Of a stretch of 64,000 bases of DNA, positions 1 to 9,470 are shown piece by piece. How positions within the stretch are numbered: the stretch's first letter is position 1; the number at the start of each line of letters is the position of its first letter. The stretch covers positions 64,001 to 128,000 of IMG/VR virus record IMGVR_UViG_3300038679_000357; one strand, 5' to 3'. The DNA comes from a virus. Its lineage: Duplodnaviria > Caudoviricetes. The position numbers and the translations under genes are program-made. Below the pieces are notes generated by a model. That model worked only from the letters and a program-made list of their open reading frames with translations, did not search any database and was not told the origin of the DNA.

Positions 1-206
1 AATTCCTTGAACTTTTCTACCGTAGGAGACTCACACATTCCAGGAATTTCAACTTTGACTTCCCGGACGCCGGTTTCTTCATTTCTCCCAGATATGATGT
101 TATAACTATTCAGGTAATTGAAAGCAGCGGCGTGAGAGAACACGGCTGCAAACGACTCTTCAACCTCGAAATCACTGTAATTATCCAACTTCTTATCTCT
201 TGCCAT
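1..206 (-). CDS. Hypothetical protein, N-terminal part only (runs off window start)
   Basis: ATG at 206 preceded by AGGAG; frame open to position 1 (MARDKKLDNYSDFEVEESF...KVEIPGMCESPTVEKFKE). Confidence 0.7.
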   Translation of the reverse strand, partial: MARDKKLDNYSDFEVEESFAAVFSHAAAFNYLNSYNIISGRNEETGVREVKVEIPGMCESPTVEKFKE

Positions 207-282
207 ATGTATATGTCTCCTTTAGTCAATTGTTGATTGACGCTTCACGACACAAGATATAGAGCGTTTAATCTCTTTCAAC

Positions 283-2118
283 TCACAAACCTAAAAGATC
301 TGTAATGGACGGCGCTCCATCATATCCACTTTCATCAACTTTTGAGGCTTTTTTCTCTTTCTTAAATGCAAGGAGATACGCCACCATTTCATCTCGCGAC
401 ATATCAAATATTTTCATCGCGCCTCCATCACTCAATAACTCAATGATTTTCTTGGAGACCTTACTGTTTTTTGTCAAAAATTCTCTAAAATCAGCATATG
501 GCTGATTGTCTATTACCTGCCTTACGGCGATGTCTCCGACGCCTTTTAGGAAAGTTAATGGAGTACGAATTGCGCGACCTTCGATCGTGAATATTTCCTT
601 ACTATGATTGATATCCGGAGCAAGAAGGGGGATTTTTAACACGGTACTCGTTTCAATCATATACCTTTCTAAACTTTTATCACCAATATTGGCAGACATA
701 AGAGCACACATATACTCAATCGTGTAGTATCTCTTCAAGTAGGCGGTTTGATAAACAAGAAACGCATAACATGCAGCATGTGAGCGGTTAAACCCATAAC
801 CACCAAACATTTCTATCTTGTTCCAGGTGTCTAGGGCAACGCTCTCTAAAATTCCATTTGACAAACAGCCAGAAACAAACTTCCCCTTCATTTCAGCCAT
901 CAATTCCATATTCTTTTTACCGATAGCCTTACGTAATTTATCGGCTTCTGACGAGGTAAATCCCGCCATCGATTTCGATAAATTCATAATCTGTTCCTGA
1001 TATACGATCATACTATAAGTCGGACTCAGAACGGCTTTCATGCTGGGGTGAGCATATTCAATTTTCATCTTCCCCAATTTATAGTCGCAATAAAACTCAT
1101 TCACCTTCGCCCTCAATGGTCCTGGGCGGTAAATAGCGTTAGCAGCAACTATATCTTCAAAAGAATCGACATGCATTTGTTTAAGCAACTTCGTCATTCC
1201 GTAACTTTCAACCTGAAAAATACCGTTGGTAATACCGGCATTAAGCATTTTGAAAACTTCTGCGTCATTTGGTTCAAGAGCATCGATATCAAACTTAACG
1301 CCATGACGCTCTTCAATCATTTTCATTGTACGATCAACAACAGAAAGCATCTTTAACGCAAGAATATCAAACTTTAACAACCCGATATATTCAACTTCAT
1401 CCTTATCGAACTGAGAGCAAACAACTCCCTTAGACGCCCTCATCGGAGTTAATTCTTTGACTTTCTTATTACTAACAACAATACCTGCGGCATGAACACC
1501 GCCGCTTGATACCCGTCCTTCAATCTTCTTACACGCCCTTGCATACGCTGGATATTTCTTCATAATGGCAGAAAGCTCGGGAGACGCCTCAATAGCTTCT
1601 TCCAACGTAGCAGCCTTTGAATCTGCCATCTTCGCTATTGCATCAGACATCTCCATTGTGCCCTTGCCAGTTTTATTTCCGGCAATCCAATCATTTGCCA
1701 GATCCATCACCTTGGCAACATGTCTTAGCGCAGCGCGTGACTTCAATACATTGTACGTACCGATATTACACGTGTATTCAGCTCCATACGTCTGAATCAA
1801 GTAGTTATACACTTCATCGCGACGGAAATAATCAAAATCCATATCGACATCAGGAGGAGAGACACGAGCTGGAGCCATAGTTTCACTTGGGCGGAAATTG
1901 CCTATCGGCTTGGCTCCAGTCATTCCTGTCCAATACGCTATGTAGGAGTTACATTTATTTCGAGTACCCTTCTTCAACTTACCAGAAAGAAAGTCTTCAT
2001 ACGTTTTTACGAAGTTATCGTAAACTTTGGTGTCTCTCATCCTGCGTTCTTCAATCAAAAATACACTCTCATTGTACTCCGAATGACTTTCACACGCAGT
2101 CTTCAAATCCACGCTCAT
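283..2118 (-). CDS. dnaE: DNA polymerase III alpha, C-terminal (palm/thumb/fingers/HhH) polypeptide of a split DnaE
   Basis: RVSPPDVDMDF palm motif, GVHAAGIV, GLLKFDILAL, GIFQVES, ANAIYRPGP, IVYQEQIM, YGFNRSHA, PDINHS, LKGVG; own SD (GGAGGT) and ATGA overlap with upstream fragment. Confidence 0.95.
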   Translation of the reverse strand: MSVDLKTACESHSEYNESVFLIEERRMRDTKVYDNFVKTYEDFLSGKLKKGTRNKCNSYIAYWTGMTGAKPIGNFRPSETMAPARVSPPDVDMDFDYFRRDEVYNYLIQTYGAEYTCNIGTYNVLKSRAALRHVAKVMDLANDWIAGNKTGKGTMEMSDAIAKMADSKAATLEEAIEASPELSAIMKKYPAYARACKKIEGRVSSGGVHAAGIVVSNKKVKELTPMRASKGVVCSQFDKDEVEYIGLLKFDILALKMLSVVDRTMKMIEERHGVKFDIDALEPNDAEVFKMLNAGITNGIFQVESYGMTKLLKQMHVDSFEDIVAANAIYRPGPLRAKVNEFYCDYKLGKMKIEYAHPSMKAVLSPTYSMIVYQEQIMNLSKSMAGFTSSEADKLRKAIGKKNMELMAEMKGKFVSGCLSNGILESVALDTWNKIEMFGGYGFNRSHAACYAFLVYQTAYLKRYYTIEYMCALMSANIGDKSLERYMIETSTVLKIPLLAPDINHSKEIFTIEGRAIRTPLTFLKGVGDIAVRQVIDNQPYADFREFLTKNSKVSKKIIELLSDGGAMKIFDMSRDEMVAYLLAFKKEKKASKVDESGYDGAPSITDLLGL

Positions 2119-3335
2119 ATAACCACCTCCATTCCGAAATCACTCGCATCAATCTTATAGTCAGTTTTCACGGACAGAAATCGCTCAAGCAACAAATCAT
2201 ATTTAATAGGGTCCAGCTTGGTGATTCCAAGAACATAAAGTGCGAGTGAGCCAGCAGCGCTACCACGCCCTGGACCGACACGAATTCCACGCGACTTAGC
2301 ATTTGCGACGAAATCCCATAGAACAAGAAAATACAGAATGTAATCACAAGCCTCAAACACACGCAATTCATATTCCAGACGATCAACATATCGTTCGTCT
2401 TTATCTAGCCCTTTTTCGCGCAATCCGGCAAATACAAGTTGACGGAAAAATTCATTAGGCGGTTGCTTACCGCTGATGTGGGAGCCTGGAATGTAATTGC
2501 CCTTTGTTTTCATTGTGTCAGAATCAATCGACTCTGCGATCTCGACTGTATTTCGTAAATATTCCGGTTTATCCTTAAACAACTCGCACATTTCACTTTC
2601 CGACTTCAAGTAATATTCTGGTTGTTTGAGTCTAAACCTAGATTGATCCTTAACGCACTTTGCCCCCTCAAGACACGTAAAAATATCATGAACGTCAGCA
2701 TCCTCGCGCACTAAGTATCTAACATCGTTTGCGGCGACGCATTTTATTCCCTGAGCCTGGGCAATATCCTCCATTTTTGCCATTACTTCTGCTTCAGCCG
2801 TATCCCCAGGATGTCGAAGAATTTCAAAATATAAATTATCACCAAACAACGATCGATATTTTTTTATTGCTTTCCGAGCTTTATCATATTCATTCATCCA
2901 CACCATTCTTGGTATGTGACTATACATGTTCCCCGTCAAGCAAATCAAACCTTCCGTTCTTCCTTCCAGATACTGGAAGTCAATTCGAGGTTTTCCATAA
3001 AATCCAGTCACAAACGATTCCGTGGATATGTCTAGTAAATTTTTATACCCAACATTGTTCTTTGCCAAAACAACAATCGTCCTTCTTCTCTGTCCATCAC
3101 CTTTTTCCTTAACATTACGATCAGCAACGACCATCAATTCTAAACCAAGAATTGGTTTTATCCCGGCTTTCTCGCAACCAGTAACAAATTTAGGGAATCC
3201 GGCACACGACCCAAGATCGGTTATTGCAATAGCCTTAAACTCCTTGGACTTTGCGGCAGCAACAATTTCTTTGGGCGTTGGCATTGCATGTAGCATACTA
3301 TAATGAGACTTGACGTGTAGGTGTACGAAATCCAT
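2115..3335 (-). CDS. dnaE: DNA polymerase III alpha, N-terminal PHP-containing polypeptide of a split DnaE
   Basis: FVHLHVKSHYS, AIAITDLG, GIKPILGLE, LAKNNVGYKNL, KPRID, ANDVRY, GPGRGSAAGSL, DPIKYDLLLERFL. Confidence 0.95.
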   Translation of the reverse strand: MDFVHLHVKSHYSMLHAMPTPKEIVAAAKSKEFKAIAITDLGSCAGFPKFVTGCEKAGIKPILGLELMVVADRNVKEKGDGQRRRTIVVLAKNNVGYKNLLDISTESFVTGFYGKPRIDFQYLEGRTEGLICLTGNMYSHIPRMVWMNEYDKARKAIKKYRSLFGDNLYFEILRHPGDTAEAEVMAKMEDIAQAQGIKCVAANDVRYLVREDADVHDIFTCLEGAKCVKDQSRFRLKQPEYYLKSESEMCELFKDKPEYLRNTVEIAESIDSDTMKTKGNYIPGSHISGKQPPNEFFRQLVFAGLREKGLDKDERYVDRLEYELRVFEACDYILYFLVLWDFVANAKSRGIRVGPGRGSAAGSLALYVLGITKLDPIKYDLLLERFLSVKTDYKIDASDFGMEVVI

Positions 3336-3355
3336 AAGACGACCTCTCTTTCAAT

Positions 3356-3381
3356 AGGACAAACAGAGAACATTTTAGAAT
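3356..3381 (+). promoter_or_regulatory. Putative SigH-type promoter (AGGA-N18-GAAT)
   Basis: AGGAcaaacagagaacattttaGAAT, 35 nt upstream of ATG 3417, in the divergent gap next to dnaE. Confidence 0.6.
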
Positions 3382-3416
3382 ACATCATCAGGAAGCTTTT
3401 TCAAGGAAGAAACGAT

Positions 3417-3902
3417 ATGATCCCAGACGACACCGGTAAACCATTTTCCACAATATCTGTCGACATTGCTACGTATGACGGTGGCTATAATACCGGCTAT
3501 AAACATTCAAGGTCAGTCAATCTTAAAAAAGCAAATCCTGGGCAACCGACTGAGCCAGTAGTTATACGCATGTTCGTAAATAATGCCAGAGCAATCAAGA
3601 ATATAAAAATAGCCGTAGTTGAGTCCAATAATATAACCGTTTCATCATCTGGAACGCAAAATCCAGATGGCAGTATGACCGGCGGCAATGCGGGCATTTC
3701 CCACTCAGTGACGCCGTCTATTCCCATAACATCATATTTCAAAGGATACAACACTACTGGAACTCCAACCGACCCGAACAATGTTTCCGTCGAAAATGGT
3801 ACAAAAAACAGCTCTGAATACATCGCACTGAACGTAACAACCCCTAATTTCATCTGCGAAGGATATCTATCCTACAGGTGGTTCTTTGACTTGGTGGAAT
3901 AA
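3417..3902 (+). CDS. Hypothetical protein, beta-rich, probably virion-associated
   Basis: ORF track starts at 3321 overlapping the dnaE start; ATG 3417 (MIPDDTGK) has an AGGAAG SD and is more likely; Gly/Ser/Thr/Asn-rich composition. Confidence 0.65.
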   Translation: MIPDDTGKPFSTISVDIATYDGGYNTGYKHSRSVNLKKANPGQPTEPVVIRMFVNNARAIKNIKIAVVESNNITVSSSGTQNPDGSMTGGNAGISHSVTPSIPITSYFKGYNTTGTPTDPNNVSVENGTKNSSEYIALNVTTPNFICEGYLSYRWFFDLVE

Positions 3903-4631
3903 ATGTCAATCGATATAAAGACAATACATAGTCTACCCGTTACGTCAGCAGTTTTTCAGCATCTTGGATACGTTTCGTTTTCAGCCGTCAAGCGAGAGAT
4001 GCTATATGCGGTATGGGAATCAGCTCCACTCGATGGAACGGAAGGGCTAATATCTTGGACGTCGTTCAATTTCTCGATCTTGAAAAACTCAAATGCAGAT
4101 ATGATCTACGTATACTGGAAAACATCCGACACAGAAGATATGTCGGCGGAAAAATGGTCAGCTCCAACATCAAATAACTCCGGATCAATCAAGTCAACAA
4201 AAAGATACCTGGCGCTCAGGATCGTCATTAAAACGCCAATTTCCATTCCATATAACTACTATGGCTCCACAATAGGTCCGGTTATAAGCAATCTTACGAT
4301 AGCGGGAGTCGCAACAGAAAACGCCTCGCTGCTCTTTACAAAGACATACGACCTTGGCTTCTTCCCAAAATCAATCGTCACCACAGCAATTGCTGACGTC
4401 CCTGATGGATCTACATTGGATATCGGCATAACAAGTCTCGACAGTATTGATCCAGACGACTATCAATTCATTCCTACAGGATCTGTTGTCAAACTGAATG
4501 AACTGGCAATCACAGGGACCAAACTAAAATTGATGCTGCGAATGTCTGGCAGTGGAGATTCAAAAGTAGTTGTTCATGAATTCGCTGCCATGTTCTCTGG
4601 GGAAGGTCAAATACGACTTAATCAATCCTGA
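3903..4631 (+). CDS. Hypothetical protein, probably virion structural
   Basis: 242-aa ORF abutting the previous gene; W-x-S-F...YWKTSD...W...KRYLALRIVI...PVISNLTI resembles the post-vWA module of the 37405-44589 protein. Confidence 0.65.
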   Translation: MSIDIKTIHSLPVTSAVFQHLGYVSFSAVKREMLYAVWESAPLDGTEGLISWTSFNFSILKNSNADMIYVYWKTSDTEDMSAEKWSAPTSNNSGSIKSTKRYLALRIVIKTPISIPYNYYGSTIGPVISNLTIAGVATENASLLFTKTYDLGFFPKSIVTTAIADVPDGSTLDIGITSLDSIDPDDYQFIPTGSVVKLNELAITGTKLKLMLRMSGSGDSKVVVHEFAAMFSGEGQIRLNQS

Positions 4632-7051
4632 TCAGCACAACTGCAAAGGTGAAGATTTCTAACCACCATATCTGGAATAACCAAATTTCCCGTGCCAATC
4701 ATAATCATTTCCTTGGTATGAGTGCTTCTGGCTCGAATTAAACTTAACTTTGACGCATTATGAATCAACCTAGCATTACCAACGACATGAAGCATTGAAG
4801 CCGCTCTTGTCATAGCGGTGTAAACAAGTTCTTTCTTCATCATAATAGTGTGTGAGTTTGGGGCTACAAACACAATGGTATTTGCCTGCGAACCTTGAAA
4901 TTTATGAACAGTGCAACACCAACACACCATAACGTCGTCAATTTGCCGTTTAACATACTTACAAATCTCTGGATGCATCTCAATGCCATTCACTGGCGGC
5001 GAATCATAACGAACAACAATAAACTTCTCCTTGCGCCCCTGCTGACTGATTTCTTCACCACAATCAATTACAGTCCCGATGTTACCATTGAAAACGTCCT
5101 TCTCATAATCGTTGACGATCTGCATAACGCGATCCCCAACATAGAACTTACGCTGGTTGTAGTTGATGGATTTATCCCTTGAATCATCAAATAAAATAGC
5201 TTGTATCGCATCATTCATCTCATTTACGCAAACTGCACCACGTTTCTTCATGGATGCGATAACCTGAAAGCCATCCATTGTATTATTATTGCGGATGTAA
5301 TCGCGCATTATACTTAATACACGCTGTCGAATCATCTCTTCGTTTTGAGACTCATAAAATGAGATATCAGTGGCGTCATCCGGGAATGAGTCGAACACTC
5401 CCTTTGCCATCTCATCCGCAACTTGCGGGATATAGCTCGTTTCACTTTGACGATGCACGATATTAAGTTTGATTACATTCGCCGCTTGAGAGTCAATAAT
5501 GTCTGATAGAAAATTCCCTGGAGAAACACTAGGCAATTGTTGAGGATCTCCAACAAACACAACATTCATATTCGAACAATCGCTTATCGCCTTAATGACC
5601 GCAACCATAGTATCCAATCCAACCATGGAAAATTCATCAATAACCAAAATATTACACTTCAAAACGGGATCTTCTCCCTTCCCCTTCACACCTGGGAAAA
5701 TTCTCAAGGCGCGATGAATTGTCATTGCATCACAGCCGGTTTTATTAGAAAGAACCTTAGCTGCCGCTCCGGTTGGAGCCAAGAAGGTCACAGTCAGGTA
5801 TTTTTTCGATGCAATTGTCTTAATACATTGGCAGATAGTGCTCTTACCTGTGCCACCACCACCAGTAATAACCGTTAACCTATTGACAAAAGAGCTGAGA
5901 ATGGCATCTCTTTGACACCTATCAAGCGTAATATCCTTTCCCGTCCACCTCGAAACATGTTCCTGGGCAAGATCAACGTCATCTTCATCAGCCGTGACGT
6001 ACGACTCCGACCGAGAAATATCAACAATACCCTTGGCTATAAACCGCTCTGCCTCAAAAATCTTTGGAAGATATACAAAAGTACGATTGAATAGTTTAAG
6101 CGTAACAAATGAAGTCTTTATACTGTCTGAGAAGACCTTCGCAAACGTCCCGTTTTCTTGAAAGTCGCTCAAAAACTTTCCGCACTCACGCGCAAGCCTA
6201 TCGATTTCCATGCACAAATTACCTTCCCGCACCCATGCATTCATGACATGCGCAACACAAGCGGAAGTACGATGAACCGAGTCAACATTTCCTATTCTGT
6301 GGGCGAAATTGTCAGCAATGTGAAAGCCCACCTCATGAACTTCTGCCACGAGATAGGGGTTTCGCTCTAACTTGCGTCTTAAATCCTTGCCAAAAGCTTG
6401 AAAAACAACCCCAATCTTATTCATCGGAAAGTCATTTGCGACTAACCACATATATGTATCGCGCATGGCTATATCACGGTTCCACGCGACAGCAATATGC
6501 CTTGCGCGATCTTCCGTAATCCCACTAATCTGAGTCAACGCCACTGCGTCGTTACTCATCGCCTCGGCTATACTTTCTAGCCCATTCCCGCCAAACATAC
6601 TGATAATCTTATTGGATCTGATAGGTCCAACATGCGGCAACTTATCAAGATACTTCCTTAACCCAAAAGCATCCGCCAAGCCTTCTATGTAGTAAAAATC
6701 GACATCAAATTGCTTTCCATATTTCGGATTTTCAACAACCCTTCCGGAGAACATATATGTAACCAAAGGGTTTATCACATCGATTTCGATGCGGATAATT
6801 ACACAGAATTTCCTTTTCAACCATTCGTTCGGGAACCCCATATCATCTGGCATGAGTTCATCTGACTTTGACGCATCAAGCCAGGCGTCTACGACAAGAT
6901 AATCCCCCTCGCCGCCGTCAAAAATTGGTTTCTCAGAGATTCTGCATGGAAGAAGTATCCTTTTTGAACGATCAACAGCAGCATCGACACTTCCAGTGGT
7001 GTCTGTATCAATCAGATCGTGCTCCAGAAAACCTTTCTCTTCCTGTTCCAT
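4622..7051 (-). CDS. recD2: RecD2-like SF1B DNA helicase
   Basis: N-terminal OB/HhH region (KYGKQF, LPHVGP, NPY), TGGGGTGKST, APTGAAAK, TIHRAL, IDEFSM, VGDPQQLPSV, GDRVMQIVNDY, TVHKFQGSQ, YTAMTRA. Confidence 0.92.
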   Translation of the reverse strand: MEQEEKGFLEHDLIDTDTTGSVDAAVDRSKRILLPCRISEKPIFDGGEGDYLVVDAWLDASKSDELMPDDMGFPNEWLKRKFCVIIRIEIDVINPLVTYMFSGRVVENPKYGKQFDVDFYYIEGLADAFGLRKYLDKLPHVGPIRSNKIISMFGGNGLESIAEAMSNDAVALTQISGITEDRARHIAVAWNRDIAMRDTYMWLVANDFPMNKIGVVFQAFGKDLRRKLERNPYLVAEVHEVGFHIADNFAHRIGNVDSVHRTSACVAHVMNAWVREGNLCMEIDRLARECGKFLSDFQENGTFAKVFSDSIKTSFVTLKLFNRTFVYLPKIFEAERFIAKGIVDISRSESYVTADEDDVDLAQEHVSRWTGKDITLDRCQRDAILSSFVNRLTVITGGGGTGKSTICQCIKTIASKKYLTVTFLAPTGAAAKVLSNKTGCDAMTIHRALRIFPGVKGKGEDPVLKCNILVIDEFSMVGLDTMVAVIKAISDCSNMNVVFVGDPQQLPSVSPGNFLSDIIDSQAANVIKLNIVHRQSETSYIPQVADEMAKGVFDSFPDDATDISFYESQNEEMIRQRVLSIMRDYIRNNNTMDGFQVIASMKKRGAVCVNEMNDAIQAILFDDSRDKSINYNQRKFYVGDRVMQIVNDYEKDVFNGNIGTVIDCGEEISQQGRKEKFIVVRYDSPPVNGIEMHPEICKYVKRQIDDVMVCWCCTVHKFQGSQANTIVFVAPNSHTIMMKKELVYTAMTRAASMLHVVGNARLIHNASKLSLIRARSTHTKEMIMIGTGNLVIPDMVVRNLHLCSCADQD

Positions 7052-7080
7052 TCGTTTCTCTCTTGGTTGAAAAATAGAAT

Positions 7081-7100
7081 GTCCGGGATTTCTCCCGGAC
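7081..7100 (-). terminator. Putative intrinsic terminator / RNA hairpin
   Basis: Perfect 8-bp stem GTCCGGGA-GAAA-TCCCGGAC (GNRA loop on minus strand) followed by ATTCTATTTTT, between 7141-8118 and recD2. Confidence 0.65.
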
Positions 7101-7140
7101 TAAAATATCTTCAAAAAAAGAAGATTCAAGCACTATCTGT

Positions 7141-8118
7141 CTAAGCTTTTTCTCGAATCATTTTTTTGACCTGGGAAATTTTATTAGAAGTAATTTTAAA
7201 AGTCGCTTGCGTTGATACCTGCGCTCCACCGTCAATTAACTCTGATATAGCAGAAGAATCAACAACCTCAATTTTGGCATGTTCATCTAATTGCGATAAT
7301 TTTTCTTGCATTTTTGCAGTCAATGACGCCATGTACTCTTCTTTTTTTGATACAAGATCCATTGCCTGAACTTTAGTCTCATTATAAATTGCATCAAGAA
7401 TAATGCTTTCCACCAAAATAGATGATTCAGCAACGGTTTCGCGTCCACCATACGGATCGTAAGTTAACACTTTTAGAGAAGTGGTTGGAATTTTCTTTTG
7501 TTCCAGAACTGGATTGCCAGAAGAATCAAAAAGAGGTTGTTTGGTGACTTTATCTACTGCTTGCTTCATTAATGGAAGACCATTACTATCAACGCCTGGC
7601 TTGCTAACAATCCTTCCATTTTTATCAACAGATATAGTCGATAACACTATTGTGTTTTGTGCAAGCATTGTTTGAATATATGGATACCCCCCTTTCTTCA
7701 ATTTCTCAATAATCTCTGGATAAAACTTAACCAATTCACGGTTGGGGATAACTGCTTCTACATTAATTATTCGTTCGTGATTTTCCCCCTCTTTTTTCTT
7801 TCTATTAACCACGGCATCATATATTGTGATGTCTTTATTTACATTTAATGGATTTACACTCGCTGGATAATATCCAAGACCTTTTGCAGCAGCATGATCT
7901 TTATCTAATTTTGGGTTGTATACCCCTGGAGTATGCATTTGCGGATTAATAAAATTTTTCCCCGTCTTAGTGGCCAAGGCAACAAGATAATCTTTCATAC
8001 TCATATTTTTCTCTTCGCCATCAATCGTAACACTAGCCATTTTCTCAGATATACTCTTAATCAAACTTTTAGCAAAATTTGCCTCAAGCCCAAGAGAAAT
8101 GCACTTCATTCCCGACAT
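7141..8118 (-). CDS. Hypothetical Lys-rich protein
   Basis: 325-aa ORF with GAGGT SD; no recognised motif. Confidence 0.75.
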   Translation of the reverse strand: MSGMKCISLGLEANFAKSLIKSISEKMASVTIDGEEKNMSMKDYLVALATKTGKNFINPQMHTPGVYNPKLDKDHAAAKGLGYYPASVNPLNVNKDITIYDAVVNRKKKEGENHERIINVEAVIPNRELVKFYPEIIEKLKKGGYPYIQTMLAQNTIVLSTISVDKNGRIVSKPGVDSNGLPLMKQAVDKVTKQPLFDSSGNPVLEQKKIPTTSLKVLTYDPYGGRETVAESSILVESIILDAIYNETKVQAMDLVSKKEEYMASLTAKMQEKLSQLDEHAKIEVVDSSAISELIDGGAQVSTQATFKITSNKISQVKKMIREKA

Positions 8119-8156
8119 ACAATATACCTCATCTATGATTTTATCATTTAAGGCTT

Positions 8157-8182
8157 ATTCAAAACCGACAATGCTCTTTCCT
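8157..8182 (-). promoter_or_regulatory. Putative SigH-type promoter (AGGA-N18-GAAT)
   Basis: Minus strand AGGAaagagcattgtcggttttGAATaa; GAAT ends 38 nt before the A of the ATG at 8118. Confidence 0.6.
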
Positions 8183-8417
8183 ATTCGGCAACATGGCTTG
8201 ATATCAATGTAACGTGCCGAGGACGCCATCCAATCAAAGTACAGGCATGAATAAAAGATGTGGCTCGTATTTCAGCTACTTTATTGTCGAACCTGGTATT
8301 ACGAATGACGTAAACCGTCTTCCAATCCTTCAACTTTTCCGAATAGCTATTGGAGCGCAGTTTTGATTGATCGATCTTATCTACTCCATCAGAAGATCTC
8401 TGTTTATTCTTTGACAT
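8181..8417 (-). CDS. Hypothetical protein
   Basis: 78-aa ORF in gene-sized gap, coupled to 8419. Confidence 0.65.
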   Translation of the reverse strand: MSKNKQRSSDGVDKIDQSKLRSNSYSEKLKDWKTVYVIRNTRFDNKVAEIRATSFIHACTLIGWRPRHVTLISSHVAE

Positions 8418-8418
8418 T

Positions 8419-9105
8419 TCAATATTCCTTGCTGATTGATTGTAATTTTGAAAAAATACGGTTTACGAAAGCCTTCTCATTTTCCGTACTACACTCCCCC
8501 ATTAGACTCTCAAACAAATTGATATATGCACTTTTCGCTATAGTAAACACTTCACCATGCGCTTTCATTTCTCCAAGCATGTCTGCACGAAAGCGTAGCA
8601 GCTTTTCCATGGTTGCAGTAATTTTACACGTAGAATCTGTTTTAAGCTTCTCTACGGTAGCTGCTGGGACTTCTGGGTCTTCCAGAGCATTGATCGACAC
8701 AAGTCTTTCATTCAATGCTGTCAAAGTCATTTCCAACTTATCAAGAGTTGACAACCCAGATGAATTCAAGAGAGAGATTCTATGGATATATTCTCTTTTC
8801 CGTAATTCTTCACCACTGGAGCCAAGATGATGTTCCATATGATGCTTGATGACTGGAATGGTATATTTTTCTCCAGCGTCGGTAAAAATATGACTAACGG
8901 TATCGGCGTTACGACTGTCAGTCCATTCCTTCTCAGCTCTTTTTCTCACTGGGCTGCAGCATAGGGGGCAATTCTGATCATGGAAAATGCCATCACCAGA
9001 AAGATTGATCATTCTCATGAGATAGGCTTCTACATCTTCCTGCCCGCTAAGAATGCTCTTGATGCCTCGGTTATTCATCCCGACCATATCAAATCCGTTG
9101 GACAT
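8419..9105 (-). CDS. C2H2-type Zn-binding protein, possibly terminase small subunit-like
   Basis: CPLCCSPVR...IKHHMEHH followed by helical/coiled-coil region; similar layout to putative TerS N-termini (inference). Confidence 0.4.
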   Translation of the reverse strand: MSNGFDMVGMNNRGIKSILSGQEDVEAYLMRMINLSGDGIFHDQNCPLCCSPVRKRAEKEWTDSRNADTVSHIFTDAGEKYTIPVIKHHMEHHLGSSGEELRKREYIHRISLLNSSGLSTLDKLEMTLTALNERLVSINALEDPEVPAATVEKLKTDSTCKITATMEKLLRFRADMLGEMKAHGEVFTIAKSAYINLFESLMGECSTENEKAFVNRIFSKLQSISKEY

Positions 9106-9142
9106 AACAAATTCCTTTGAGCAACCATTTTTCGTTGCTTAA

Positions 9143-9152
9143 ATTATACAAC
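9143..9152 (-). promoter_or_regulatory. Putative class II promoter -10 (GTTGTATAAT)
   Basis: Intergenic, 37 nt upstream of ATG 9105; same 10-mer recurs at 16086. Confidence 0.55.
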
Positions 9153-9164
9153 GGAGTAGTGGAT

Positions 9165-9470
9165 TCAGCTCTTCTTTTTGTTTTTTGGACTATTGAGGAT
9201 TTGAATCGCTCGATCAACATCGGCGCGAAACACGTAGAAGGGCTTGGATTTAACGGATTCGATCAATGAATCATACATTTCATCATTAGGTAGCCCTAAC
9301 GACTCAGCAATTTTTTTAGTGGCACGCAATACAGCAACCACATCCCCTATGCGTTGATGCATGGCTAGTTCCCGGCAATTTCCGAGAAAAGCAGTTATCT
9401 CCTCTGCCGGAGATATTGAGAGCTTATCAGATGGAGATTCTTTCGGCATCGACGACGGTCTCCATGTCAT
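9165..9470 (-). CDS. Hypothetical protein
   Basis: 101-aa ORF; true start may be internal (MPKESPS). Confidence 0.6.
   Translation of the reverse strand: MTWRPSSMPKESPSDKLSISPAEEITAFLGNCRELAMHQRIGDVVAVLRATKKIAESLGLPNDEMYDSLIESVKSKPFYVFRADVDRAIQILNSPKNKKKS

Noticed and set aside
225-241. GTCAAT-N5-ATTGAC palindrome near the SD of the first gene
   Set aside because: Only 6 bp, single occurrence; chance cannot be excluded.
2115-2160. Split intein or programmed frameshift joining the two dnaE halves
   Set aside because: No intein block A/G residues at either end; the downstream frame has a TGA at 2142, no slippery heptamer is visible, and the second ORF has its own strong SD.
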